In this document: piece by piece, positions 8,696 through 18,581 of the stretch
Numbering within the stretch: position 1 is the stretch's first letter
Layout: each line of letters begins with the position of its first letter
From: a virus
DNA: 64,000 nt
Direction: 5' to 3' (one strand)
Virus record (IMG/VR): IMGVR_UViG_3300010398_001198
Span: 32,001-96,000 of that record
The notes under the pieces: model-generated
The model's database searches: none
Told to the model about the DNA's origin: nothing
Seen by the model: the letters and a program-made list of their open reading frames with translations, nothing else
Program-made: the position numbers and the translations under genes

Positions 8696-11600
8696 ATGCC
8701 GCGCCGCCTCATCTGGCTGTTGAGTCTGCTGCTCGTGCTCCAGCCCGTGGGCCTCGTCGCGCAGGTTCTGCCTCCGCTTGCGCCGGCAGGGGGCGGCAGT
8801 ACCCCGACCTTTCCCGGCTCCCTGTGTACCGATATGGTGGCCATCGGCCAGGACACCGCCGGGCTGATGGTGTGTTCTCCTGTCTTGCCACCCATGGCGC
8901 CAGGGCTGGTGCCGAGTGGAGGGGATGTCAGCGCCAGCGGCCAGGTCCTCCAGACGCACCTGAGTAGCCCCTTGCCTGTCCCCCAGGGCGGGATGGGGCT
9001 CACCACCGGCACATCCGGCGGCATGCCCTACTTCAGTAGTGCCACCACACTGGCCTCGACGCCGACCTTTGCCCTCAATGCGCCCATCCTGGGCGGGGGT
9101 GCAGGCCAATCGCCCGTGCCGGGCACGCTCTCGGGGACGACCCGCGAACTCGCCAGTGTCACCGGTGCACATGTTCCCAACCGCCAGCTGACCTTTGACG
9201 CCAACGGCAACGTGATTGCCAGCCCCTATGACGTCATAGGCGGGGTCCAGGTCCTCAGCGTGTTCGGACGCATCGGGGCGGTCACGGCGCAAAGTGGTGA
9301 CTACACGGCGGCGCAAGTGACACATGCGGCCTCCCTCACCGCCGCCAATGTGTTTACGGATCCTGGGGGCCAGACCATGCCCCTGCTGGCCCTGACCGGC
9401 TCCAGTAGCGGTACGCTCTATGTACGGGCGCCGGCCGCGGCAGGCGTCTCCCTGGTGGTGCTCCCGGCGGGGGTGAGTGATTTCTCGTCGACCGGCGGCC
9501 CGAGTCAGGTCGTGCAGCAGACCACCACGGCAGGGGCGTTCACGGTGAGTCGCCTGAGCCTGGCTGATCTCGCCGATGGGGGGAATGCCTGCACCAGTGC
9601 CAGCCTGTGCCCAGGCTATCAAGCCGCGCTGGGGTTTCCGCCGGAAAACGTCAGCAACAAAACCTCGGACCCGGCGCTCGGGGGCAGTGATTTCCTCTAT
9701 CCCACCCAGGCCGCGGTCAAAGGCTACGTGGATGCCGGGCTGGCGGGGAAGCAAGCCCTCCTGGGCTTTGCGCCGGAAGACCGCGCCAACAAAGCCTCCA
9801 GCGCCGTGCTGGGGACGAGTGACACCCTGTATCCGACCCAGAATGCCGTCAAGGCCTATGTCGATACGGGCCTGGCCGGCAAGCAGGCGAGCCTGGGCTT
9901 CACGCCGGAAAACGTCACCAACAAAGCCACCGCGACCGCCTTAGGGACCAGCAACACGCTCTATCCCACGCAGAACGCGGTCAAGGTCTACGTCGATACT
10001 GGGCTGTCGAGCAAGCAAGACACTCTGGGCTTTACGCCGGAAACCACTGCCAACAAGGCCACCGGGACCACCCTGGGGACGAGTGATACCTTTTACCCCT
10101 CCCAAAATGCCGTCAAGGTCTACGTGGATGCGGCCATTGCGACGGTCCAGGGCAGTATTACCTGGGGGCCGGGCCTCACCTTCAGCGGTGGCGTGGCCAG
10201 TGTCGCCTCGACGGAAACGGGCTTTCTGACGGGCGCCAGCAGTGCCCTCGCGTGCGGGGCCTCGGCGCAGGGCAAGATGCAGGTCCTCGACACTGGCGCG
10301 CTCCAGTACTGCGATGGGGCCACGACGGCCCTGCTCCACAGTGGCTTCCTCACGCAGAGTGGTCTCACCTGGAATGTCACCCCGAGTGCCTGTACGGGCG
10401 ATACCAATGGCGGCAAGCTGACCATTGTGGGCACGGAAATCCGCTGCGCCTCGGACATCGGCGGCACGGGCGGGGCGGGGGGCGTCACCAGCGTGTTCGG
10501 GCGCACCGGCGCGGTGGTGGCCACCGCCGGAGATTATCTGGTCAGCCAGATTACCAACGCTGTCGATGTCACGGCGGCCAACGTCTTTCCGCACGCCAGC
10601 GGCCAGTCGATGCGGCAACTGCTCCTGCCTGGGGCGACCTCGGGAACGCTGACGGTCAAAGCGGCGGCGGTGGCCGGCAGCAGTACGTTGACCTTGCCGG
10701 CGGGGGCGACGGATTTCAGCAGTACAGGCGGTGCGGGGCAAGTGGTGCGCCAGAACGCGGCGGGGGGCGCGCTCACGGTCGCGGCCCTGGCCTTTAGCGA
10801 CCTCACGGGGACCGGCGCGGTGTGTACCACCGCCGGCGTCTGCACGGGCTACCAGGCGACCATCACGTGGGGTGCCGGGCTCAGCGTCACGGGCGCGACC
10901 GCCAGTGTGGCCTCGACCGAAGCAGGCTTCCTCACCACGGGCAGCACGGACCTCACTGCGGGGGCCGGACAAGCCGGGAAGATGCAGGTGATCGCCGATG
11001 GGCGCCTGCAATACACCGATGGCGCCGCGACTCCGCTCCTGCGCCAGGGCTATCTCCTCACCCCCCTGGGCGGCCCGGGCGTGCTCCAGGCGAGTACGGG
11101 GGGCACGAGTCTGGCGGCCTTTGCGGGGAGTGCCTGTAACGATCCTGCGGCGTTTATGACCGGCCTGACGCCCACCGGCGATGCCATCTGCGGCCTCCCT
11201 GCAGCGCTGGTCTTCAGCAGTCGAGCCCTGCTGGCGACGGCGAGCGCGACCTTTCCCAGTGCCGTCAATCTCGGTGCCCTGGCCGGCGGCATCGTCAAAA
11301 CCACCGTCAGCGGGGGTCTGGCGAGCGTGAGTACCGTGATCGCGCCGACGAGCGCCCTGGTGGGGGTGGACGATCCGCAGATCCTCACCCAGAAAGGGGT
11401 GGCGCCGCGTGCCGCCCCATTTGCCGGCGTCTCCCCCGTGGTTGGGAATCTGAGTACCACGGATCTCCTCGTCGTGAGCGGGCTCACCGGGTCCACGCTG
11501 ATCGGCAATCCGCAAGGCGCCACCAGTGCCGGCGGGCTGGTGCGACTCCAGGTGACCTCCGCCACGCCACAACCCCTGACCTGGGATACCCTGTGGAGTA

Positions 11601-12829
11601 GCGAGGGAGGCTCCCCCCTGCCCACGACCACGACCGGCGGCAGCACCTATGACATGTTCTGGTTCCAGTACAACGCCACCTCCGGCAAGCTCGATCTCGT
11701 CTACAACTCGCAACTCATGCAGTGGACCCTCCCCACGGGTGTCACGCCGGGGACCTATACCTGTCCGGGCTCCGTGACGATTGATAGCCGGGGCCGGGTG
11801 ACGGCCATCGCCAACGGCACATGCGGCGGGGGCACGGGAGGCACCCCAGCGGGAGGTGTCGGCGATGTCCAGATCAACGGCGGCGGGGTCCTGGCCGCTG
11901 ATCCCGGCGATTTCGCCTATGACGTGGGCACGAAAACGTTGATCGCCCCGCACCTCCTTGGCTCGCGTCGGCGGACCTATGCCACCTTCCGCGATCTCCA
12001 GGGCCAGGCCACGTATGTGCTCGCCCCGGCCATGCAGAGTAAGGTGCACGTGCAGTCCCTGCCGGATGAGGACGGGGAATACTGCGTTAAGGGGGGGAGC
12101 TGCTTTGCCAGCGGCGGGGTCACGGTCTCCGGTACCCCGACGGCTGGACAAACGGCGGAATTTACCGCGGCGAGCGTGATCCAGGGCGTGAGTACCACGG
12201 GCAGTGGCAGCTATGTCAAGGCCGGGAGCCCGACCCTGACGACCCCCACCATTGCGGCCCTAGCGAATCTCACCAGCAATGGGGTGCTCACGACGAGTGG
12301 GGGCACGGGCACGCTCGTGGTGGATACGGGGGGCACAACCGGCACGGGGGCCTGGGTGAAGGGGACGAATCCGACTCTGACCGGGCCGACGATTGCCGCG
12401 CTGGCGAACCTGACGACCAATGGCATTCTCACCACGACGGGGGGGACGGGTACGCTCGTGGTCGATACGACCACCCGCACCGTCGAGACCGGCGTGCAGT
12501 CCCTCACGTCGAGTACCACCTATACCTGTGTGCGTAATGGCCCGAGTACCCAACCAGTCATGAATGAATGCACCATGACCTACACCGGGGCTGCCGGGGC
12601 CACGGTGACCATCGGCACCTCGGGGACACTCCAGGACGGCGATCGCTTTCTGGTGCGTCTGCGCTGCACGGTGGGGGCGCAGACCATCGCCTACGGCGCC
12701 AATATTATCAATAGCCTGCAAATCATTGGGCCGACGAGCTGCCCGCTCGACGGTGCCCGCGAAATTGTCATAGGACTTCTCTATTCTGCGGCACTCGCCA
12801 AGGCCCAGGTCATTGGGAGTACGAACTAA
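8696..12829 (+). CDS. Long tail-fibre/adhesin-like repeat protein with signal peptide
   Basis: Start MPRRLIWLLSLLLVLQPVGLVA|QV at 8696 (RBS AGGAG); SVFGRTGAV repeats, 4x GFTPEN..NK...LYPTQNAVK.YVD repeats, fibre-tip-like C-terminal domains. Confidence 0.8.
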   Translation: MPRRLIWLLSLLLVLQPVGLVAQVLPPLAPAGGGSTPTFPGSLCTDMVAIGQDTAGLMVCSPVLPPMAPGLVPSGGDVSASGQVLQTHLSSPLPVPQGGMGLTTGTSGGMPYFSSATTLASTPTFALNAPILGGGAGQSPVPGTLSGTTRELASVTGAHVPNRQLTFDANGNVIASPYDVIGGVQVLSVFGRIGAVTAQSGDYTAAQVTHAASLTAANVFTDPGGQTMPLLALTGSSSGTLYVRAPAAAGVSLVVLPAGVSDFSSTGGPSQVVQQTTTAGAFTVSRLSLADLADGGNACTSASLCPGYQAALGFPPENVSNKTSDPALGGSDFLYPTQAAVKGYVDAGLAGKQALLGFAPEDRANKASSAVLGTSDTLYPTQNAVKAYVDTGLAGKQASLGFTPENVTNKATATALGTSNTLYPTQNAVKVYVDTGLSSKQDTLGFTPETTANKATGTTLGTSDTFYPSQNAVKVYVDAAIATVQGSITWGPGLTFSGGVASVASTETGFLTGASSALACGASAQGKMQVLDTGALQYCDGATTALLHSGFLTQSGLTWNVTPSACTGDTNGGKLTIVGTEIRCASDIGGTGGAGGVTSVFGRTGAVVATAGDYLVSQITNAVDVTAANVFPHASGQSMRQLLLPGATSGTLTVKAAAVAGSSTLTLPAGATDFSSTGGAGQVVRQNAAGGALTVAALAFSDLTGTGAVCTTAGVCTGYQATITWGAGLSVTGATASVASTEAGFLTTGSTDLTAGAGQAGKMQVIADGRLQYTDGAATPLLRQGYLLTPLGGPGVLQASTGGTSLAAFAGSACNDPAAFMTGLTPTGDAICGLPAALVFSSRALLATASATFPSAVNLGALAGGIVKTTVSGGLASVSTVIAPTSALVGVDDPQILTQKGVAPRAAPFAGVSPVVGNLSTTDLLVVSGLTGSTLIGNPQGATSAGGLVRLQVTSATPQPLTWDTLWSSEGGSPLPTTTTGGSTYDMFWFQYNATSGKLDLVYNSQLMQWTLPTGVTPGTYTCPGSVTIDSRGRVTAIANGTCGGGTGGTPAGGVGDVQINGGGVLAADPGDFAYDVGTKTLIAPHLLGSRRRTYATFRDLQGQATYVLAPAMQSKVHVQSLPDEDGEYCVKGGSCFASGGVTVSGTPTAGQTAEFTAASVIQGVSTTGSGSYVKAGSPTLTTPTIAALANLTSNGVLTTSGGTGTLVVDTGGTTGTGAWVKGTNPTLTGPTIAALANLTTNGILTTTGGTGTLVVDTTTRTVETGVQSLTSSTTYTCVRNGPSTQPVMNECTMTYTGAAGATVTIGTSGTLQDGDRFLVRLRCTVGAQTIAYGANIINSLQIIGPTSCPLDGAREIVIGLLYSAALAKAQVIGSTN
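9625..10140 (+). repeat. Four tandem ~38-codon repeats inside the fibre gene
   Basis: LGFPPENVSNK..YPTQAAVKGYVD / LGFAPEDRANK..YPTQNAVKAYVD / LGFTPENVTNK.. / LGFTPETTANK..YPSQNAVKVYVD. Confidence 0.9.
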
Positions 12830-13422
12830 TGTCTCTCATTGTTCTCTTCCTCCTGCTGCTGCCAGGCCTCGTCGCGGCACAAGGCTTGACTGATGTCCAG
12901 TACACCCTCTTGCATGACGACATCACGATTACGCATGCGAGCGAGTTCCAAGCCTCGGTCGCTGCCGCCGATTATCAACCGATAGCCGATGCGTACAATC
13001 TCCTGGCCACTGGCCCCTTCTGGGTATGGAGGACAAGTTTAACCCCGAAGGAGATCTATGAGGCGACGGCGGACGGCGGCGGCACCTGGTCGTGGAGCAC
13101 CTATAAGGCGCAGACCCAGCAGGAACGCGACGCATGGCGCGATATGATGGCCCCCAACTTGCTCAATCCCAGTCTCAAACAGACGCGAGATGGCTGGCTC
13201 GCCATCTTCGGGGGACAAGGGGCTAGTCAGGTCCAGGTCAATTATCTCCTTGCCCTGTCCAGGCGCCAGGCCCGGCGGGGGGAAGCCCTGCTGGCCACGA
13301 CCACGAGCGGGAATGGCTCAACAGCGACCCCTGCCACCTTGACGTATGAGGGTCTGATCACCTGGATTGACGTCAACCACGCGGTCAGCGGCGCGCCGCT
13401 TCCTGGAGGGCCACGTCCATGA
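12829..13422 (+). CDS. Secreted hypothetical protein (signal peptide)
   Basis: MSLIVLFLLLLPGLVAA|QG; translationally coupled on both sides. Confidence 0.8.
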   Translation: MSLIVLFLLLLPGLVAAQGLTDVQYTLLHDDITITHASEFQASVAAADYQPIADAYNLLATGPFWVWRTSLTPKEIYEATADGGGTWSWSTYKAQTQQERDAWRDMMAPNLLNPSLKQTRDGWLAIFGGQGASQVQVNYLLALSRRQARRGEALLATTTSGNGSTATPATLTYEGLITWIDVNHAVSGAPLPGGPRP

Positions 13423-14000
13423 TCAGGCGGCTTGTCATCCTGCTGCTCTGTGCGCTGCTCCTGTGGACCTCGGGTGTCGGGGCCGCCACGTCCTTGCAGT
13501 ACACCCTGCCGGGGACCGGGATTACCTTTGGCGACTCCGGGCAGAATGTCCTGATGGTGTTTAGCAACAAAGCCACGGGCACCGGCACCGTCAGCGCCCA
13601 GTATGACAAGAATGCGTTGGCGACGGCCACCGGGGCCATGCCCTCCCTGTGGGCACTCCATTGTCAGATCTCGTTCACCGGCACCAATGTCGTCGGAGCC
13701 ACGGCGGAATTGTACATTGCCCATGCGGACGCCGCCGGCACCACTCAGGATGGCGCGGTTGGGCAGAGTAGTACCACCATCACCAGCGATCAGCGCCGCG
13801 TGCTGACGCCCGTGGGCGTGCTCTCGACGTACCAAACGGCCACCAATACGACCATGTACGCGAGTTTCCGCAACATTTATATTCCCGGCAGATACTTCAG
13901 TTTGGCCTGGTGGAATGCCACTGGGCTCACCAGTGAAACGAGCACGACCAAGCATAAGTGCACGATGTACCCCATGCCCATTCAAGGCCAAGGAACCTAG
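13419..14000 (+). CDS. Secreted beta-rich hypothetical protein (signal peptide)
   Basis: MIRRLVILLLCALLLWTSGVGA|AT; ATGA overlap with the previous gene. Confidence 0.8.
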   Translation: MIRRLVILLLCALLLWTSGVGAATSLQYTLPGTGITFGDSGQNVLMVFSNKATGTGTVSAQYDKNALATATGAMPSLWALHCQISFTGTNVVGATAELYIAHADAAGTTQDGAVGQSSTTITSDQRRVLTPVGVLSTYQTATNTTMYASFRNIYIPGRYFSLAWWNATGLTSETSTTKHKCTMYPMPIQGQGT

Positions 14001-14004
14001 CCCT

Positions 14005-14898
14005 ATGCGCCAGCTTCTGAAGCTCCTCCTCTTCCTCTGTGCTCTGCTCCTCGTGGCGGTCTGTGTGCTGGCACAGCAGAACCCCCAGGTCGTCCTGAGT
14101 GATCCGCTCCTGCGCGGGGCGGTGTCCTGGTGGCGTCCGCTCCTCGGCTTCACGGGGGGGGATCGCCTCTTTGACCTCTTGCCGGCCCAAAACCACCTCA
14201 CCCTCACCAACATGAGCCTGGGAAGCACGTCCGGCTGGAGTCCCACGACGCGGCCCGGGGGCGTGGCGCAGATCAACTGCGACGGGACGGATGACTATCT
14301 CAGCATCCCCAACAACAGCTCGTTCAATCTGAGCGCGGGGTCCCTGGTCGTGTGGGCCATGCGGACCAGCACGGCGGCGGAGATGATCATTGTCTCCATG
14401 AGTGATGGGGGCCTGTGCTGTAACAATTTGCTCGCGCTCGAGTGGAAAAACAATACTAGTGACACCCTACGGATCTTGATCACCAGCGGCGGGGTCGATC
14501 AACTCGTGGTCTCGACCACCTCGACCACGATTGCGCCGGCCAACGTCTGGCATCACCTCGCCTTCACCGTGGACAGCAGCGGCAATGCCCTCTATGTCGA
14601 TGGCGTGCAGGCCGCGATGACGTATGGGACGGGCACCGCAAGCACCACGGCGTTTTTCTCGACCATCTATAGTGCGGCCACCACGTTTGATGTCTGCCGC
14701 ATGAATACCACGGATGCCCCCGCCTATCTGACCGGCGCGATTGCCCAGCTCACGCTCTACAACCGGGCACTCACGGCGGGGGAGGTGATGGCCCACTATC
14801 AGCGCTCCCAGGGCCTGCCGCCCATGGGGCTGCGGGCGGATGAGCTCGTGGCCAGTACCACGTTTCCCACTGGGACCTTGTTGCCTTTTTTCCCCTAA
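14005..14898 (+). CDS. Secreted LamG/concanavalin-A-like lectin domain protein
   Basis: MRQLLKLLLFLCALLLVAVCVLA|QQ; FDGTDDY-like CDGTDDYL, WHHLAFT, LYVDG, LYNRALTAGEV motifs. Confidence 0.85.
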   Translation: MRQLLKLLLFLCALLLVAVCVLAQQNPQVVLSDPLLRGAVSWWRPLLGFTGGDRLFDLLPAQNHLTLTNMSLGSTSGWSPTTRPGGVAQINCDGTDDYLSIPNNSSFNLSAGSLVVWAMRTSTAAEMIIVSMSDGGLCCNNLLALEWKNNTSDTLRILITSGGVDQLVVSTTSTTIAPANVWHHLAFTVDSSGNALYVDGVQAAMTYGTGTASTTAFFSTIYSAATTFDVCRMNTTDAPAYLTGAIAQLTLYNRALTAGEVMAHYQRSQGLPPMGLRADELVASTTFPTGTLLPFFP

Positions 14899-14909
14899 GG
14901 AGATCGCTC

Positions 14910-16406
14910 ATGCGACGACTACCTCTCCTCCTCACTCCCCTGCTCCTCTGGTGTGCCCTCGCCTCGGCGCAGGGGCCACAATCGGTCCCCGGCGTCAACT
15001 CACTCCCTAACGATACTAGTACAGGTACTATTATCAACCGCTTGGCCAAAATCGTTCCGGGTGGCGCTGGGGGCCAGGGCAAGCTCATTCTACCTGCGCC
15101 CACGGATACGCAGATCAAGCTCTATGTGGTCATCGCGGGGGCGGGCACCACCGGGAATGCCCTCTATGTCGAAATCGGCGATGCGGCCTGCGAGATGGAT
15201 AACGCCGTGACGAGCAAGGCCGGCACCTATATCGTCCACGGCACCACGCCAGATGGCGCGGGCAAATACGGTCGCTGCCATCAGGTGGACACCAACCCCT
15301 CCCCTGGGATGGTCATGGGGTCACTGCTCACGGACAATACCGTAGTCGGCGGTCTCGCCCGTATCAGCGCCCAGAACCAGGCGTTTATTCCCGGCTCTGG
15401 GACTGGCACAGGTTCAGTGACGAGCGTCGATGTGACGATGGCGCCGGAGTTCACCAAGACCGGTGGCCCGATCACGGCGGCAGGCACCATCGCCTTCACC
15501 AAAGCGACCCAAACCGCGAACCTGGTCTATGCGGGTCCGGCCTCTGGCGGGGCCACTGCGCCCACCTTTCGTGCCCTGGTGGTGGCCGACCTCCCGGCAG
15601 GCACCGCCTCTGGCAGTTGCGGCGGGGATCTGGGCAGCACGTTTCCGAACTGTACCGTCCTCAAGGCGAGTAGCACGTTTGCCCTGGCGGGGGAGAATGC
15701 CCCGACCGCCCTGGTAGCCGATGTCAATGATTATGTCCTCCCCAGCACCTTTGCAGCCCTCCTCAACGGTGGTGCTGCTGACCGCAACATTACCGGCTTT
15801 GCGGCCCCAGCCCAGGGTGGCGATACCAAGGCGATCTGCAATGTCGGCACGACCAATGCCTTAGTCTTGAAGAACCAGAGTACCGGCTCGGCGGCGGCCA
15901 ATCGCATCCTGGCCACGGATGACGTGACCCTGCCGCCCGATCTGTGCACGCTGCTCCGATACACGACCACCGCGCCCGCTCGCTGGCGACCCCTGGTGAA
16001 CAAACTGCCGGATTATCTCTCTGCGCGCCCGTTCTCCATGCAAATTGGTGATCCGGACCCGACCAGCCCCACGTTGATCGCGGGCAACGATAGTCCTGGA
16101 GGCTGGACGAATCTCTACCGGCGCCAGGTCCAGATTCTGGCCATCGCGTGTATGGGCGATGCGGGGGCCACGACGATTAACCCGATCCTGCGCGGCGGTA
16201 CGGCCACAAGTCTCCTGACGACGCCGTGTACGTGCGGTAACGCGGTTTTTGCCGGGTGCTCCCTGAACGGCCTGCCCCTCGTCAACCCGGCCACTGCCGC
16301 AGGGGCTACGTGTACTACTACACCTTGTAGTATCGACCTGAACATTAACACGGTCGATAACGTCACGCGCCAGGTGACGATTAATGTGGACGCCATTATT
16401 AAATAA
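14910..16406 (+). CDS. Secreted fibre-like protein (signal peptide)
   Basis: MRRLPLLLTPLLLWCALASA|QG; GTGSVTSVD and ANLVYAGPASGGATAPTFRALVVADLP fibre-shaft motifs. Confidence 0.75.
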   Translation: MRRLPLLLTPLLLWCALASAQGPQSVPGVNSLPNDTSTGTIINRLAKIVPGGAGGQGKLILPAPTDTQIKLYVVIAGAGTTGNALYVEIGDAACEMDNAVTSKAGTYIVHGTTPDGAGKYGRCHQVDTNPSPGMVMGSLLTDNTVVGGLARISAQNQAFIPGSGTGTGSVTSVDVTMAPEFTKTGGPITAAGTIAFTKATQTANLVYAGPASGGATAPTFRALVVADLPAGTASGSCGGDLGSTFPNCTVLKASSTFALAGENAPTALVADVNDYVLPSTFAALLNGGAADRNITGFAAPAQGGDTKAICNVGTTNALVLKNQSTGSAAANRILATDDVTLPPDLCTLLRYTTTAPARWRPLVNKLPDYLSARPFSMQIGDPDPTSPTLIAGNDSPGGWTNLYRRQVQILAIACMGDAGATTINPILRGGTATSLLTTPCTCGNAVFAGCSLNGLPLVNPATAAGATCTTTPCSIDLNINTVDNVTRQVTINVDAIIK

Positions 16407-16428
16407 GGGAACAAAAAAGAGGTGCATT

Positions 16429-18429
16429 ATGTGGTCTCTCCTCCTCCTGCTCGCGCTCCTGCTCCTGCCATTTCCTAGTACTGCTAAGACTATATGGGTG
16501 GCCACGTCGGGCGGCAACGATGGGAATTCCTGTACGGCGGCCCAGACCAACACCACGCCCAAAGCCACCATCACGGCGGGCATCGGCTGCCTCGTGGGCG
16601 GCGACACGCTCATTGTGAAAAGCGGCACGTATGCCGAGGCGATCAAAGACACGATCCCGGCAGGCAGTGCGGGGGCGCCCACGACTGTCAAAAGCGAGGT
16701 GCAATACGGCGCCGTGATCAAGCCCAGTTGCTCGGGCTCTGGCCCGCCCTCGGGGTGTGACGTGGTGCTCTATGGCCAGTGTACCATCGTGGCCATTGAA
16801 AAGAGCCACATTGTGTTTGATGGCTTTACCGTAGACGCGGCCAATGCCAATACCGACTGCCGCATCATGATCGACATGGGGGGCTACCATCCCTCGACCG
16901 ACATCGTGGTCCAGAACAACGATGTCGTAGGCCATTGCCCGGATAAAAACTCTGGCTCCAACTGCCTCGGCATGAGTACACACACCGACACGAGTAACGT
17001 CACCGTACGGGGCAATAAAGTCCATGACATTGGGTGGGGCGCACTGCAAAACTGTAACAGCGGTCCCCCCCCCTGTAACAATTTCAACGCCTACTGCACC
17101 TACCTCACCTTTCATGACTCGATCATCGAAAACAACGAGTTCTACAATTGCAGCGGCTATGCCGTTCAGATGTGGTCGTCGGGCTCGCCCACCGATCCCA
17201 CGGGGCCAGACCGCAGTATCATCCGGGGCAATTATGCCCATGATGTCGGCCTCTCCTGTTTCCTCGTGGCGTCGGGGGATGGCCAGCAGGTCTACAACAA
17301 CATCGCGGTCAACTGTGGCAAGTTTTTTGACAGCAGCACCGGCAATACGGTGACCATTCACAGTAGTGCCCGGGGCCTCAACCTCGGCAATTCTGGGCTC
17401 AGCACGACCAACCTCAAGGCGCACTACAATACCGTGGTCGGGAGCACGGGCTATTGTGTCTCCTCCGGGATTGATGCCGGGGGCATTGTCCGCGACACGA
17501 TCTGCTACCAGAACGGGACGAACGGCATCAACACGGTGAGTGGCGTGGCGCCCGTCGCGGATCATAACCTGTTTGGCACCAATCCGCTGTTTACCAACCT
17601 CGGGGATACCCCCTATCAGTTGAGCACCGGCAGTCCCGCCCTCGATACCGGCATCTGTGTGAGCGGGATTGCGAGCGACAAACTCGGTGCGGTCCGCCCC
17701 CAACCCACCGGCGGATCGTGTGATATTGGCGCCTACGAAGGCACCGGAGGGACCGCCCCCACCCCCCCTAGTCTGCTCGCCTGGTGGAAGCTCAATGACG
17801 GCACCGGCACCAGCGCGAGCGATAGCACCGGCAACGGGCACACCGCCACCTGGACGACCGGCCTCACCTGGCAGCCAGGGAAGGTCGGCAGCAAAAGTCT
17901 GGGCTGTGATGGCGTGAATGCCACGACGGTCACCGGCGGGCTCCCGACCACCGCGCCGTACAGCTATGTGTTCTGGATTCAAGGCACGACCACGCCGCCG
18001 ACCTCGGGCAATAATCAGATTGTCGTCCACAATGGCGACACCTCGGATTCCTTTGGCTTTGCCTGGGGCTCGCCGACGACCGGTTTTGACCAGGCAGCGT
18101 ACACGCAAGACGCCAGTGGGAATTACATCGCCGTGCGCCTCACCACGCCCTTACAGGCAGGCCAGTGGTATCACGTCGGCGTGACGTTCGACAACACCAC
18201 CCTGCGCATCTACCTGAATGGCGTCCAGCAAAGCACCGCCGCCGTGACGACCATGAAGGGCGCGACCGGGGACTTCCACTTCTGCGGCACCCCGGCGGGC
18301 ACCAGCACGTATTTCGCCGGCCAGCTCGACGAGGTGAAGGTCTGGAACTACGCCCTCACGGCGGCGCAGGTGCTCCAGGAGTACCGCAGCACCGTGGCGA
18401 GTGTGCGGCACCGCAGTGTGCACCCCTGA
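16429..18429 (+). CDS. Secreted right-handed parallel beta-helix (pectin-lyase-like) + LamG protein
   Basis: MWSLLLLLALLLLPFPSTA|KTIWVATSGGNDGN; repeated ..I.NN...N beta-helix strands; SPALDTG...CDIGAYE; C-terminal LamG (WYHVGVTFD, IYLNG, LDEVKVWNYALT). Confidence 0.85.
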   Translation: MWSLLLLLALLLLPFPSTAKTIWVATSGGNDGNSCTAAQTNTTPKATITAGIGCLVGGDTLIVKSGTYAEAIKDTIPAGSAGAPTTVKSEVQYGAVIKPSCSGSGPPSGCDVVLYGQCTIVAIEKSHIVFDGFTVDAANANTDCRIMIDMGGYHPSTDIVVQNNDVVGHCPDKNSGSNCLGMSTHTDTSNVTVRGNKVHDIGWGALQNCNSGPPPCNNFNAYCTYLTFHDSIIENNEFYNCSGYAVQMWSSGSPTDPTGPDRSIIRGNYAHDVGLSCFLVASGDGQQVYNNIAVNCGKFFDSSTGNTVTIHSSARGLNLGNSGLSTTNLKAHYNTVVGSTGYCVSSGIDAGGIVRDTICYQNGTNGINTVSGVAPVADHNLFGTNPLFTNLGDTPYQLSTGSPALDTGICVSGIASDKLGAVRPQPTGGSCDIGAYEGTGGTAPTPPSLLAWWKLNDGTGTSASDSTGNGHTATWTTGLTWQPGKVGSKSLGCDGVNATTVTGGLPTTAPYSYVFWIQGTTTPPTSGNNQIVVHNGDTSDSFGFAWGSPTTGFDQAAYTQDASGNYIAVRLTTPLQAGQWYHVGVTFDNTTLRIYLNGVQQSTAAVTTMKGATGDFHFCGTPAGTSTYFAGQLDEVKVWNYALTAAQVLQEYRSTVASVRHRSVHP

Positions 18430-18581
18430 TGTGGGACACTTTTCGCCATATGGCCGTTTTTGCCTTCTCCTGGCGTCATAGAGACACGCAAGGCTTTGGG
18501 AGGGAGTAGGAGACCCTCTCCCCCCGTTCGTGGCACCACGGCGATATGCTCCACGTCATTTGCCCATTTCTGCATCCCCCC

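Noticed and set aside
9625-10140. Regularly spaced DNA repeats resembling a CRISPR array or DGR
   Set aside because: They are in-frame, degenerate protein repeats with no unique spacers; no cas or reverse transcriptase gene in the window.
372-18108. Many long minus-strand ORFs over the tail and fibre genes (e.g. 9941-12151, 16399-18108, 6036-7193)
   Set aside because: Antisense shadows of GC3-rich genes; Arg/Gly/His-rich, with no motifs or RBS.
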